This document shows, piece by piece, positions 8,497-17,416 of a stretch of DNA of 32,000 nucleotides. The translations under genes were made by a program, and so were the position numbers. The notes under the pieces were generated by a model. The model searched no databases. It saw only the letters and a list, made by a program, of their open reading frames with translations, and had not been told where the DNA came from. This DNA is from Polyangiaceae bacterium (GTDB lineage Bacteria > Myxococcota_A > Polyangia > Polyangiales > Polyangiaceae): contig JADJYE010000034.1 of assembly GCA_016719945.1 (NCBI GenBank), forward strand, positions 66,244 through 98,243, given 5' to 3'. The number at the start of each line of letters is the position of its first letter. Positions within the stretch are counted from its first letter, which is position 1.

Positions 8497-9917
8497 GCGA
8501 ACCGCACGTATTCGAAGTCGACGCCCTTGTTGTCGATGCCGCGCGCGGGCGGCGCGATCCAGTTGGCGTATTTCCCCGCCTCGGTGACGCGCCCCATAAG
8601 CGAACGCACGAACGCGTGGTCCTCCGCCGTGGGGAGCCAGTCTGCCGCGTGGTGGGTCCACTTGGCCTCACCGACGACCTCTCCGTCGGGGCTGACGCGC
8701 GCGCCCGCGAAGGTCCCGATCTTCCGATTGAACGCTTTGTGGGCCAGCTTGAAGCGGAAGGGGAGGCCGGACTTGTCGATGATCTTGTTCCAGCGATCGA
8801 CGCCCGCCTGGCAGTCCGCGATGTAGTCGTCGCGCAGGCGTTCATTGAGCGCGAGCTGTGCGTTGACGTGTTTGTCGACCAGCCGATCGCCGGCGAGATC
8901 GAGCAGCTTGTACTCTGCGCTCGCGAGGACGTGGTCGTCGTCGATCTTGCTCTCGTCGAAGCGCCCCTTGAGCCCCATCGCGTAGAACGTGGAGGCGTTG
9001 GAGGAGATCTCCCCGCCATAGAGGTCGAGGGTGACGCTGAAGTGGAAGTTCAGGTAGCGCTGGATCGTCGGCAGGTCGATCACGCCCAGCGCGCGCACCT
9101 GGTCGGGCGCCTCCACCTTGTGCTGTTTCATGGCCTCGACGGTCCGCTGGATGATGCGGCCGACGCCGGTCTCACCCACGAACAGGTGATGGGCCTCTTC
9201 GGTGAGCATGAAGCGCGTGGAGCGCGCGAGCGGGTCGAACCCGCTCTCGGCGAGGGCGGCGAGCTGGTACTTGCCGTCGCGGTCGGTCAGGAACGTGAAC
9301 ATGAAGAAGGCGAGCCAATCTGGCGTCTGCTCGTTGAAGGCGCCCAGGATGCGCGGCTTGTCCGCGTCGCCCGAGCGACGCTCGAGCAGGGCCTCGCCCT
9401 CTTCGCGGCCGTCGCGCCCGAAGTGCGCATGGAGCAGGTACACCATCGCCCACAGGTGCCGACCCTCCTCGACGTTCACCTGATAGAGGTTGCGTAGATC
9501 GTAGAGGGAGGGGCACGTGCCCCCCAGGAAGCGCTGCTGCTCGACGCTCGCGGGCTCCGTGTCGCCCTGCGTCACGATGATTCGACGCAGTGTGCTGCGA
9601 AGCTCCCCGGGGACCTCCTCGAAGACGGCCTGGCCCTTATGCGAGCCGAAGCCGATCTTGCGGCTCGGCTCGCGCTCCGCGAGGAAGATGCCCCACCGGT
9701 AGTCTGGCATCTTCACGTACCCGAACTGAGCCCAGCCCTTCGAGTCGACGCTCACGGCGGTGCGCAGGTACACCTCCGAGGAGTGGGACTCGACCGGGCC
9801 CACCTCACGCCACCACTCGAGGTACTTGGGCTGCCAATGCTCCAGCGCCCTCTGCAGCTGTCGGTTCTGGTCGAGGTCGACGTTGTTCGGGATCTTCGAG
9901 GCGTAGTCGATGGACAT
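8493..9917 (-). CDS. boxB: Benzoyl-CoA 2,3-epoxidase diiron oxygenase component BoxB
   Basis: Long blocks match my recollection of Azoarcus BoxB: [65 protein letters not shown] and FEYVRF at the C-terminus. Start ATG at 9917 ([13 protein letters not shown]). The 26 codons upstream in the ORF track were discarded. Confidence 0.9.
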   Translation of the reverse strand: MSIDYASKIPNNVDLDQNRQLQRALEHWQPKYLEWWREVGPVESHSSEVYLRTAVSVDSKGWAQFGYVKMPDYRWGIFLAEREPSRKIGFGSHKGQAVFEEVPGELRSTLRRIIVTQGDTEPASVEQQRFLGGTCPSLYDLRNLYQVNVEEGRHLWAMVYLLHAHFGRDGREEGEALLERRSGDADKPRILGAFNEQTPDWLAFFMFTFLTDRDGKYQLAALAESGFDPLARSTRFMLTEEAHHLFVGETGVGRIIQRTVEAMKQHKVEAPDQVRALGVIDLPTIQRYLNFHFSVTLDLYGGEISSNASTFYAMGLKGRFDESKIDDDHVLASAEYKLLDLAGDRLVDKHVNAQLALNERLRDDYIADCQAGVDRWNKIIDKSGLPFRFKLAHKAFNRKIGTFAGARVSPDGEVVGEAKWTHHAADWLPTAEDHAFVRSLMGRVTEAGKYANWIAPPARGIDNKGVDFEYVRFA

Positions 9918-10037
9918 GGGCACGCTCCCTCGGGCGCGCCCGCATGCAACCCGCGTGCTCCCCCAAATGCTGCGAAAATGCGCCACAACGCGCACACGAT
10001 GCGTGAAGCCCGCGCGCCGCGACGCAAACCCTGCGGG
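9918..10037 (-). promoter_or_regulatory. boxBA upstream intergenic region (promoter presumed here)
   Basis: 120-bp gap between the mukB-like stop and the boxB start. It contains the direct repeat aaatgc at 9965-9970 and 9976-9981 (11-bp phase) and the palindrome gcatgc at 9942-9947. No confident -35/-10 assignment. Confidence 0.3.
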
Positions 10038-13000
10038 CTAGCTCGCGACCCGACGACCGCTCACGACCACCTCCTCCGCGCCGTCGTCGCCGACCCGGCG
10101 CACGAGACGGTACGTGGTGTTGCCTTCGGCGCGCGCGACCTCGGGTGCCGCGATGAGGAGCTGCAGATCCAAGCCCTGACACATCGCGAACAGGACGCCG
10201 AGGTTGTCCTGCGAGAGGCGGTTGGCCTCGTCGAGGAACAGAAACCTGAGCGACCCGCTCGCGGCGCGCGGGCGCAGCAGGTGACTGTCGCGCTCCCACT
10301 CGGTGAGGATCACCATCATGAGGGCGGCGCCGACGCCGATCGCCTCGCCCGTCGAGAGGCGCGTGGGCGAGGCGAGCTCCCAGTCCTTGTCGGGGCCGCG
10401 CTGGATCTCGACCGCGAGCTCGGCATACTCCCGGTAGTCGAGCAGCCTCTGTCCGCCGCCTCGCCCCCCGCCATAGCGGCGGAAAATCTCGTCGAGGGCC
10501 TCTTCGATCGGCAGCGTGCTCAAGAACAGCAGCTCTTGAGCCGAGCCGTCGCGCAGCGCACGGAGGACCGCCTCCATCCGCTCGACCCGCCGCATCTCCA
10601 CGCGGATGCCCGCGATGCTGCCGAACCGGACGCCCGTGAGGGTCTGGTTGAGGCGACGCACCTGGCTCCGCGCCTTGCGGAGGCGTACGTCGATGCCTCG
10701 CGCGACGTCCTCGGAAGCCCCGCGCAGATCCGACTCTTGGCTCGAAAGCCGGCGCTCCAGGACCGAGAGGTGATCTCGTAGCCGCGCGAGCGCCTCGATC
10801 GGATCGTCGACGTCTGCGATCTGACCTGGCAGGCGCTTCGCGAGCCACGCTCGCGCGGTGATCCAGGCGCTGAGATACGAAAGGGGAGGGACCACCGCCT
10901 CGCGGCGCCGGTCCGGCGTGGCGGCGGGCGTGAGCGTTCGCTCGATCTCCTCTGCGCACTCGGCGCCGCCGCGGGCGCGCCGCAGCCGCTCGACGAGGAC
11001 CTGGGCGCGCGTGTGGGCGTCGGCGGCCCTCGCCCTCGCCCCTCCGCCCGCGTGCTCTTCGATACCGCCCTTGAGCAGGCCCCGCTCGGCGGCCTCGGCC
11101 TCGACCTGGCGGCAGGCCACCCGGAGGGGCTCCGCCGCTCGCTCCTCCTCCTGGAGCCGCGCCTGGGCGCCAAGGAGTGCGCGCTGGGCGTGCGAAGCCC
11201 GCTCCCCGAGCTGCGCGAGCGTGGTGACCAGCTCCCGCTCTTCGGCCTCGAGTGACGTCACCGCACGCTCGAGGTCGGCCGCTGCGCGCGCGCCATCGTC
11301 GGGCGCGTCGAGGTCCAGCTCGTCGAGGCCGAGGCTCGCGAGCTCTCTCTTCAGGTCGACCACGAGCGCGCGGGCCGAGTGGGCCGTCGCCGACTCGCGT
11401 TGCCACGCCGCCGTCGACTCCTCCCAGGCCGCCTCGGCTCGGGCGACCGCCGCCTCCGCCTCGGCCAGCGCTGACCGCGCACCGTCGAGCTGAGCGTGCA
11501 GCCGAGGCGCGAGCGCGGCTCTCTCCTCGAGCGCGCGCTCGTCGTCCGCGCCGACGAGCGCGCCCCGGTGCTCGGCGAGGTCCTCGAGCGCCTCGATCAG
11601 CGAAAAGACGCGGTCTCTCTCGGCGTCTAGCGCCGCCTGCGCGGCAGCGGAGCTCGCCGCCTCCTCGTCGGTCGCGGGTCGATGGCGCAGCTCCTCGCGG
11701 AGCTCGCGCAGCACCCGCCGGGGCTCGTCGCACCGACGCAGCTCCTCTCGCGCGGCGCGGGCGGCGGAGAGGGCCCTGCGCGCCTGGTCGGCGAGCTGTG
11801 CATGATCGGGCGGGTCGAGGAGGTACGCCTCCCCGAGCACGTCCCGGAGCGTGGCGCCCTTCGCGCGGGCTCGCGACAACGAGTCCCGCGCCCGCGCCGC
11901 GCGCTCAGCGTGCGCGGCGCGGCGCTCGTCGAGCTCGAGCGCGCCCGACCGCGCGCGCGCGGCGGCCAACCTCGGATCCTCCGCGTGCAGCAGGTCGGCG
12001 CGCGCGAGCAGCTCATCGGCGGTTCGCGTGAGCCCCTCGAGCTCGTACAGGGACGCGAGCGCCGCGTCGGCCTCGCGCGCCAGCTCGTCCGCGAGGGTCC
12101 GCAGCTCCTTCGCGCGGCGGGCGCGCGCCAGGCGTCCGAGCGAGGGGCGCGCGGGCAGGCGAACGAGCCGCGTCGCGTGAGGCAGCTCGACGATGAGGTC
12201 ATCGCCGGTCGGAGCTGGCTCGTGGCTTCGCGTGGGGAGCGCCGCTTCGGGAGAGACGAGCCACACCTCTTCGAGCTCCCGAGGTTGCCCCGCGAGCGCT
12301 CGCGCGGCCGCCGCCGGATCGTTCACGATCAACGCCTGCGCGAGCGGCCCGAGCTCGGCCTCGAGGCGCCCCGCTTCGGCGGGGTCGACGTCCTCGAAGC
12401 GCCCCGCGAGCAGCTCGGCGTCGAGCCGATCGCGCAGGCGAAGCAGCTCGGGGTGGAAGGCGCCCCCAGAGGCGTCCAGCTCGCCCGCTTCTCTCAGCCG
12501 CTCTTCGTGCTTCGCGCGGAGGTCGCCTGCCCGGGCGCGCTGCTGTTCGACCTGCTCTGCCAAGCGGACCCGCGCGTCGATGGCCGCTTCGCGGGTCGAC
12601 ACGCGCTGCCCGAGCGCGCGCTCGAGCTCGCGGGCGCGCTCCTGGCACGCGATCCAGTCGAGCGCGGTCGCCTCCAGCTCCTGGGCGGTCGCCCGCGCCG
12701 AGAGCGCCGCGACCCGATCGGCCTCGACGCCACGCTCTGCTTCGCCCAGCTCGGCCTCGGCGCGGCGCGCCTCGCTCTCTGCGAGCGCGAGCGCCTCGGC
12801 GACGCGCTTCGCCGCGCTCGTAGGCGGGCCGACGACCGACGGGTCGAGCCCCACCTCGGCCGCGCGGGTGCGGACCTCCGCCTGGCGCAGCGCGAGCTGG
12901 CTGTGCTCGTCGAGCTCCGACGGGAGCTCTTCGGCTCTCTTGGACAGCGCCTCGAGCTCGAGCAGCCTCGCCTCGGCGCGCTCCGCGCGCTCGTGCGCGT

Positions 13001-14459
13001 CCGAGCCCTGTGAGCCTGGGTCGAGCAGCGCCAGGGCCTCGATCGCCCGCCCGTAGCGCGCGCGGCGCCCCTCCGTCGCGACCGCGGCGCGGCTCGCCTG
13101 GGCGCGCGCGGCGTCGAGCTGGGCGAGCTGCGCGCGAGCTCTGGGCAGCGCCGTGTCGATCGAGGGCTCGTCGAACGATGGGTCCTCGAGCAGCGCCCGG
13201 ACCTCAGCGAGGCGGCGCGCGGCGAGGCGGCGCGCGTGCAGCGTGCGGTGCAGCTCATCGAGCCCGGCCTGGAGATCTCCCACGCCGCGCGCGGCTCGGT
13301 CGTACGCAGCGCGAGCTTCGTCTCGCCGGGCGCGGGCGCTCGCGCGCTCGTGCGCCGCTCGCTCCCGAGCCGCGAGGCCTTCGTCGGCGCGGGCCTCTGC
13401 CGCCGCAGCCGCGGGCTCGCGCTCCTCGAGCCGCTCCTTGAGGCGCTGGGCGTGGGCGAGCTTCGCTCGTTTGGCCCGCGCCTCGTCGCGCAGGAGCCGC
13501 TTCGCGGCGAGGCGGCCAACGAGGGCGCTCTGCCTCGCCGCGACCTCGCTCGCTGCGACCTCGATCTCGCGCGCCGCGCCCTCGGCGACGTCGCGCGCAG
13601 CCCTGGCCGCCTCGACCGCCGCTCCGACCTCGCGCGCCGCTTCGCGCGCGGCGCCGAGCGCGGCGAGGAACATGGCGCGGCCGGCGTCGAGCACGCCTGC
13701 CAGCTCTCGCTCGAGCCCCTGGCTCTCGACCACCTCGGTCCGCGTTCGATGGCACGCGTCGAGGTTCTTGCGCATTCGGGCGAGGGTGTCCGCGAGGCCC
13801 GTCTCCTCCTTGAGCAAGAACCCTCGCAGCTCCGTCGTCAGCGCCCGCGAGATGCCGCCGGTCATGCTGGTGCGCAGCATCTCGTTGAGCTTGTTCCGGT
13901 CCTCGTCGGTCGCCAGGCGCAGCGGCGTGATCCCGCGCTCGAAGAGCGCCGCGAAATACTCCTTGGCCGAGGCGAAGACCGTGAGCTCGCCACCTCGCGC
14001 CGAGACGCTCCGTCGGAGGTCCGAGAGGTCGGGCACCTCGTCGTCCTCGCCACGGCTCACCAGCAGGACATCGCGGAGCTGCCCCCGCAGGTCGACTCCC
14101 GAGATCAAGAACGGCGTGAGCTCGACCGTCGGCTCGGCCTTGCGCTCGAGCCGAACGCCCGCGACCACGCGCTCGCCGCCGTGCTCGATCTCCAGCGCGG
14201 TGTACGACGGCCGGCCTGGCTCGCCGAGGCGACCCCAAATGCCGCGATCACCCCCGGTCGCCCCGCTCTCTCCGAGGTTCGTGAACCGCAGGCGCGACAT
14301 GTCCGGCAGCAGCGCGACGTAGGCCGCGATCATCACGGTCGTCTTGCCCGCGCCGTTCGCGCCCTCGAGCACCGTGACGTGTCGATCGAGGAGGTAGCGC
14401 TCGTAGAAGACGCCCTTCCAGTTGACGAGGGCGAGCGCGGTCGCCCGCGCCCGCGTCAT
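10038..14459 (-). CDS. mukB: MukB-type SMC-like condensin ATPase (1472 aa)
   Basis: N-terminal head is LVNWKGVFYERYLLDRHVTVLEGANGAGKTT (Walker A), compared with E. coli MukB [31 protein letters not shown]. C-terminal head is LSTGEAIGVG ... FLFLDEANRL ... LQLLIAAPE ... NTTYRLVRR, compared with E. coli LSTGEAIGTG ... LLFLDEAARL ... MQLIIAAPE ... GTTYKLVRK. A long Ala/Glu/Arg/Leu coiled coil lies between them. ATG overlaps the mukE stop as ATGA. Confidence 0.9.
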   Translation of the reverse strand: MTRARATALALVNWKGVFYERYLLDRHVTVLEGANGAGKTTVMIAAYVALLPDMSRLRFTNLGESGATGGDRGIWGRLGEPGRPSYTALEIEHGGERVVAGVRLERKAEPTVELTPFLISGVDLRGQLRDVLLVSRGEDDEVPDLSDLRRSVSARGGELTVFASAKEYFAALFERGITPLRLATDEDRNKLNEMLRTSMTGGISRALTTELRGFLLKEETGLADTLARMRKNLDACHRTRTEVVESQGLERELAGVLDAGRAMFLAALGAAREAAREVGAAVEAARAARDVAEGAAREIEVAASEVAARQSALVGRLAAKRLLRDEARAKRAKLAHAQRLKERLEEREPAAAAAEARADEGLAARERAAHERASARARRDEARAAYDRAARGVGDLQAGLDELHRTLHARRLAARRLAEVRALLEDPSFDEPSIDTALPRARAQLAQLDAARAQASRAAVATEGRRARYGRAIEALALLDPGSQGSDAHERAERAEARLLELEALSKRAEELPSELDEHSQLALRQAEVRTRAAEVGLDPSVVGPPTSAAKRVAEALALAESEARRAEAELGEAERGVEADRVAALSARATAQELEATALDWIACQERARELERALGQRVSTREAAIDARVRLAEQVEQQRARAGDLRAKHEERLREAGELDASGGAFHPELLRLRDRLDAELLAGRFEDVDPAEAGRLEAELGPLAQALIVNDPAAAARALAGQPRELEEVWLVSPEAALPTRSHEPAPTGDDLIVELPHATRLVRLPARPSLGRLARARRAKELRTLADELAREADAALASLYELEGLTRTADELLARADLLHAEDPRLAAARARSGALELDERRAAHAERAARARDSLSRARAKGATLRDVLGEAYLLDPPDHAQLADQARRALSAARAAREELRRCDEPRRVLRELREELRHRPATDEEAASSAAAQAALDAERDRVFSLIEALEDLAEHRGALVGADDERALEERAALAPRLHAQLDGARSALAEAEAAVARAEAAWEESTAAWQRESATAHSARALVVDLKRELASLGLDELDLDAPDDGARAAADLERAVTSLEAEERELVTTLAQLGERASHAQRALLGAQARLQEEERAAEPLRVACRQVEAEAAERGLLKGGIEEHAGGGARARAADAHTRAQVLVERLRRARGGAECAEEIERTLTPAATPDRRREAVVPPLSYLSAWITARAWLAKRLPGQIADVDDPIEALARLRDHLSVLERRLSSQESDLRGASEDVARGIDVRLRKARSQVRRLNQTLTGVRFGSIAGIRVEMRRVERMEAVLRALRDGSAQELLFLSTLPIEEALDEIFRRYGGGRGGGQRLLDYREYAELAVEIQRGPDKDWELASPTRLSTGEAIGVGAALMMVILTEWERDSHLLRPRAASGSLRFLFLDEANRLSQDNLGVLFAMCQGLDLQLLIAAPEVARAEGNTTYRLVRRVGDDGAEEVVVSGRRVAS

Positions 14460-15211
14460 CGCGCCTCCTCCGGCTCCTCGGCGAGGTCGCCTCGCTCGTC
14501 GCCCTCGCTCGAGTCGTCGAGGTCGCCTCGCTCGTCGCCCTCGCTCGAGTCGTCGAGGTCGTTCGCCTCGCCGGGCTCGTCCCCGTCATCGGTGAGCACC
14601 ACCTCACCCGACGCGACCAGGCGCTCCAGCGCCGCCTCGGGCGCGGCCGTCCCTCGGACGGGCTCGGCGAAGCGCATGAGTGCAGGGCGCAGCCTCGTCG
14701 CGCCGTCCTCGAGGAGCTCGACGAAGCCCAGCGAAGCGAGGCGGCGCACGGCCTCTGCCACCTTGGTGCGGGTCGCCTCCTCGGCCACGCGCTGGTCGAC
14801 CTTCTTGCGCTTCGGGCTCATCGCCCGCACGAGCGCGTCGGTCCCCATGACGCCCGCCAGGTGGCTGAGCAGCTGCTCGCGCGAGATGACGCCCCCGTTC
14901 TCGGTCGTGGTCGGGTCGAGGTAGAGCAGCGTCAGCGCCTGCCCCACGAGCATCTCGGTCGACGAGAGGTGCCTGCGGCCGAGGCGATCCGAGGTCGGGA
15001 GCAGATAGAAGTAGCCCTCCGAGCGGTGCACGAGCTCGCAGCCATAGCGGCGGAAGAAGGCCTCGAGCTGGTCTTGGGCGTCGGTGATGAACGCGTACAG
15101 GTCGGCGTCGTCGCGATCGACGTGCCGGCCGCGGCGCAGCGCCAGGTCGACCTCCGGGAAGAGGTCGTCGAGCACCACGTCCTCCAGGCGATCGTAACGA
15201 GGTGCGCTCAC
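14456..15211 (-). CDS. mukE: MukE-type condensin accessory subunit with an acidic C-terminal tail
   Basis: LFPEVDLALRRGRHVDRDDADLYAFI ... FFRRYGCELVHRSEGYFYLLP parallels E. coli MukE [26 protein letters not shown] ... [21 protein letters not shown]. GTG start at 15211 overlaps the mukF stop (GTGA). The 34 Arg-rich codons upstream in the ORF track were discarded. Confidence 0.85.
   Translation of the reverse strand: MSAPRYDRLEDVVLDDLFPEVDLALRRGRHVDRDDADLYAFITDAQDQLEAFFRRYGCELVHRSEGYFYLLPTSDRLGRRHLSSTEMLVGQALTLLYLDPTTTENGGVISREQLLSHLAGVMGTDALVRAMSPKRKKVDQRVAEEATRTKVAEAVRRLASLGFVELLEDGATRLRPALMRFAEPVRGTAAPEAALERLVASGEVVLTDDGDEPGEANDLDDSSEGDERGDLDDSSEGDERGDLAEEPEEAR
14483..14561. repeat. Perfect 36-bp tandem duplication (2 copies plus a 7-bp partial third) inside the mukE acidic tail
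   Basis: gaggtcgcctcgctcgtcgccctcgctcgagtcgtc occurs at 14483-14518 and again at 14519-14554, then gaggtcg follows. It encodes DLDDSSEGDERG twice, in frame. Confidence 0.9.
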
Positions 15212-16554
15212 GCCGCGCTCCCTTTGCCCGAGCCGGGGACCGACCACTCCTCGATCGCGATCCCCGCGCTCAACGGGACCCACGGGCGCTCGGCGCCGGC
15301 GTCGGGGCGGCACAGCGCCGCGACGGTCTCGGCGACGCGCCCAGCGGCGAGAAACCGCTCGCTCTCGGGGAGATTCGAGGTGAGCCGGTCGGTGACGTCC
15401 CTGAGGGTCGACGCGCCCTCCGACAGCGCGGCGCGCACCTTCTCGGTGAGCACCGCCTGAGCGTCGAGGGCCGCCACGACGGCCGGCTCAGCTTCGCGCT
15501 CCTTGCGCGGCCGCCGCACAGGAGGGCGCTCTTCGGGGGGCGTCACCAGCGGCCGCAGCAGGCGGATCGCGGGCGCCGCAGCGATCGTCAGCGCGAAGGG
15601 ACGCCCGCTCTTGCCCGTCAGCTGATCGCGCAGTCGCTGCGTGAGCATGCGCGACGGATCGAGGCGGACGACGTCGCGCAGGTACCGGTGCACGTATTGG
15701 TAATGGTCCGACCACGCGCGCTGGCGCGCCGAGCCCCACGCCGCGATGCGATCGAGCTGATCGCCCGCCTCCTTCACGGCGGACTCCGCCTCGGCGATCC
15801 CTTCGCGCGCGCCGTCGTCGACCTCGCCCGGCTCGACCGCAGCCGCCCGATCGAGCACGTCCTGCAGCCGGGCGTGGGCCTCCTGCGTGTCCTTCATCAG
15901 CACCTGGTTCAGCTCCCGCAACGTGGCGCTCGTCGTCTCGAGCAGGGCCTGGCTCCTCTCGATGGCGCCGAACCACTCTGCGCCGAGCAGCGCCCCGATC
16001 TCCTTCTGGAGCTCGACCTGGTGGAGATCGAAGCCGCGCTGGCGCCGCTCCACGCCGCCCGCGAGATCGCCGATGATCACGCGCAGCGGGGTGGCGACCC
16101 CGAGGCGCCAGTCCTCCGGGGTCTGCGCGCTGGCCGCGGCGGCGGCGATGTCCGCCAGGCTGGTGAGGAGCGTGCGCATGAGGACCGCCAGCGTCTCGCG
16201 CGTGAGCGACTCCTCCTCCAGGAAGAACTCGACGATCGCGGCCGCGAGGCGGGTCAGCGCGAACTCGCCGGCGCGGACGACCCCCGCTCCGTCGACGCGC
16301 GCCAGCAGGCGCTGCTCGCGGAGCCGTCGGATCGCGGCGCTCGCCCGCTTGCCTTGAGGCTCCCCCGTCGGCTCGAGCACGCGGACGACCTCTTCGAACA
16401 CGTCCACCAGCTGATCTTCCTGGAAGGACGACGTCGAGGTCACGTTGGCCCGCAGGTGGAGCGCGGCGACGAAGCAGAGGTCCACGGTCGACAGCTCGAG
16501 GGACGGGCGCTCGCGCGCCAAGTAGGCGAGGACGCGGTTCGGGTCCGTGGTCAC
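15208..16554 (-). CDS. mukF: MukF-type kleisin subunit
   Basis: Three blocks parallel E. coli MukF. (1) FQEDQLVDVFEEV ... IRRLREQRLL vs MSEGELVDAFRHV ... INDMVRQRLL. (2) LLETTSATLRELNQVL vs LLSETSGTLRELQDTL. (3) LDRIAAWGSARQRAWSDHYQYVHRYLR ... QRLRDQL vs [27 protein letters not shown] ... QRLRQSV. GTG start at 16554. Confidence 0.85.
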   Translation of the reverse strand: MTTDPNRVLAYLARERPSLELSTVDLCFVAALHLRANVTSTSSFQEDQLVDVFEEVVRVLEPTGEPQGKRASAAIRRLREQRLLARVDGAGVVRAGEFALTRLAAAIVEFFLEEESLTRETLAVLMRTLLTSLADIAAAAASAQTPEDWRLGVATPLRVIIGDLAGGVERRQRGFDLHQVELQKEIGALLGAEWFGAIERSQALLETTSATLRELNQVLMKDTQEAHARLQDVLDRAAAVEPGEVDDGAREGIAEAESAVKEAGDQLDRIAAWGSARQRAWSDHYQYVHRYLRDVVRLDPSRMLTQRLRDQLTGKSGRPFALTIAAAPAIRLLRPLVTPPEERPPVRRPRKEREAEPAVVAALDAQAVLTEKVRAALSEGASTLRDVTDRLTSNLPESERFLAAGRVAETVAALCRPDAGAERPWVPLSAGIAIEEWSVPGSGKGSAA

Positions 16555-16657
16555 GAGGGGCCGACCTCATACCGCCGAAGCGGGGTTGGCGCGAGGCCTC
16601 ACTTTTTTCTGTAACGCTCCGCCTCGATCGCGGACGTCGGAGAAAGGAGACACGAGC
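16555..16657. promoter_or_regulatory. Divergent intergenic region between mukF and the MBL-fold gene (both promoters presumed here); includes the SD AGGAG at 16645-16649
   Basis: 103-bp gap. It holds the locally AT-richest stretch, cacttttttctgtaacgc (16601-16618), and the palindrome gaggcctc (16593-16600). aaggaga lies 8 nt before ATG 16658. Confidence 0.35.
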
Positions 16658-17392
16658 ATGACCGTCACCAACCCCGAGTCTGGCACGCACGTCCACGAGA
16701 TCGCCCGAGGCATCTACCGCATCAGCACCCCGGTGCCGCCGACCGCGATTCCGGGCGGGTTCACCTTCAACCAGTTCCTCGTCGTCGACGATGAGCCGCT
16801 GCTGTTCCACACCGGGCCGCGGCGGATGTTCCCCCTGGTGCACCAGGCGGTCGCGCACGTCCTCGGGGACGCCGCGAAGCTCAAGTACGTCGGGTTTTCC
16901 CACGTCGAGGCCGACGAGTGCGGCTCGCTGAACGAGTGGCTCGCGGCGGCCCCCAACGCCCAGCCCGTCTGCGGCACCATCGCGGCGATGGTGTCGGTCA
17001 CCGACCTCGCCGACCGGCCCCCTATCGCCCTCGCGGACGGCGGCGAGCTGACGCTCGGCTCGAGGAAGGTCCGCTGGCTCGATGCGCCTCACGTCCCCCA
17101 CAACTGGGAGTGCGGCTATCTCCTCGAGACCTCGACGAAGACCCTCCTGTGCGGCGACCTCTTCACCCACGGCGGCTCCGAGCTGCCGGCCCTGACCGAG
17201 GGCGATGTCCTCGGTCCGGCCGAGGGCATGCGCAAGGCGATGGGTGGCGTCGCGATCGAGGCAGGGTCCCGGGCCATCCTCGAGAAGCTGGCGCGCACGG
17301 AGCCGTCGACGCTCGCGCTGATGCACGGCTCGTCCTACCGGGGCGACGGTAGCAAGCTGCTGCTCGCCCTCGCAGACGCGCTGGGCGTCTAG
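16658..17392 (+). CDS. MBL-fold protein with a flavodiiron/ODP-like metal-site pattern (no flavodoxin domain)
   Basis: ATG at 16658 is preceded by AGGAG. Motif 2 is SHVEADEC (H-x-E-x-D) rather than the hydrolase HxHxDH. Downstream ligand-like positions are DAPHVPH, LLCGDLFTHGG and LALMHGSS. Length is 244 aa. Confidence 0.7.
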   Translation: MTVTNPESGTHVHEIARGIYRISTPVPPTAIPGGFTFNQFLVVDDEPLLFHTGPRRMFPLVHQAVAHVLGDAAKLKYVGFSHVEADECGSLNEWLAAAPNAQPVCGTIAAMVSVTDLADRPPIALADGGELTLGSRKVRWLDAPHVPHNWECGYLLETSTKTLLCGDLFTHGGSELPALTEGDVLGPAEGMRKAMGGVAIEAGSRAILEKLARTEPSTLALMHGSSYRGDGSKLLLALADALGV

Positions 17393-17416
17393 GTCGCGTG
17401 CTACCCTCGGAGCGTC

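Noticed and set aside
9971-9985. Sigma-54-like promoter upstream of boxB (minus strand TGGCGC-ATTTT-CGCA)
   Set aside because: The GG and GC dinucleotides are one base too close compared with the strict TGGCAC-N5-TTGC spacing, and no enhancer-binding protein gene is adjacent.
10038-16554. Calling the Muk-like operon a Wadjet (JetABCD) anti-plasmid defence system
   Set aside because: No JetD/MksG (Toprim plus DUF3322/DUF2220) gene follows the SMC gene; the next gene is boxB. The three proteins resemble canonical MukF/E/B in both sequence blocks and size, rather than DUF3375/DUF4194/short JetC. A defence role cannot be excluded but is not supported by this window.
16593-16608. gaggcctc palindrome followed by T6, considered as a terminator between mukF and the MBL gene
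   Set aside because: Both flanking genes diverge from this region, so nothing needs terminating here. The stem is at most 3 bp once a loop is allowed. It is more likely an AT-rich promoter element.
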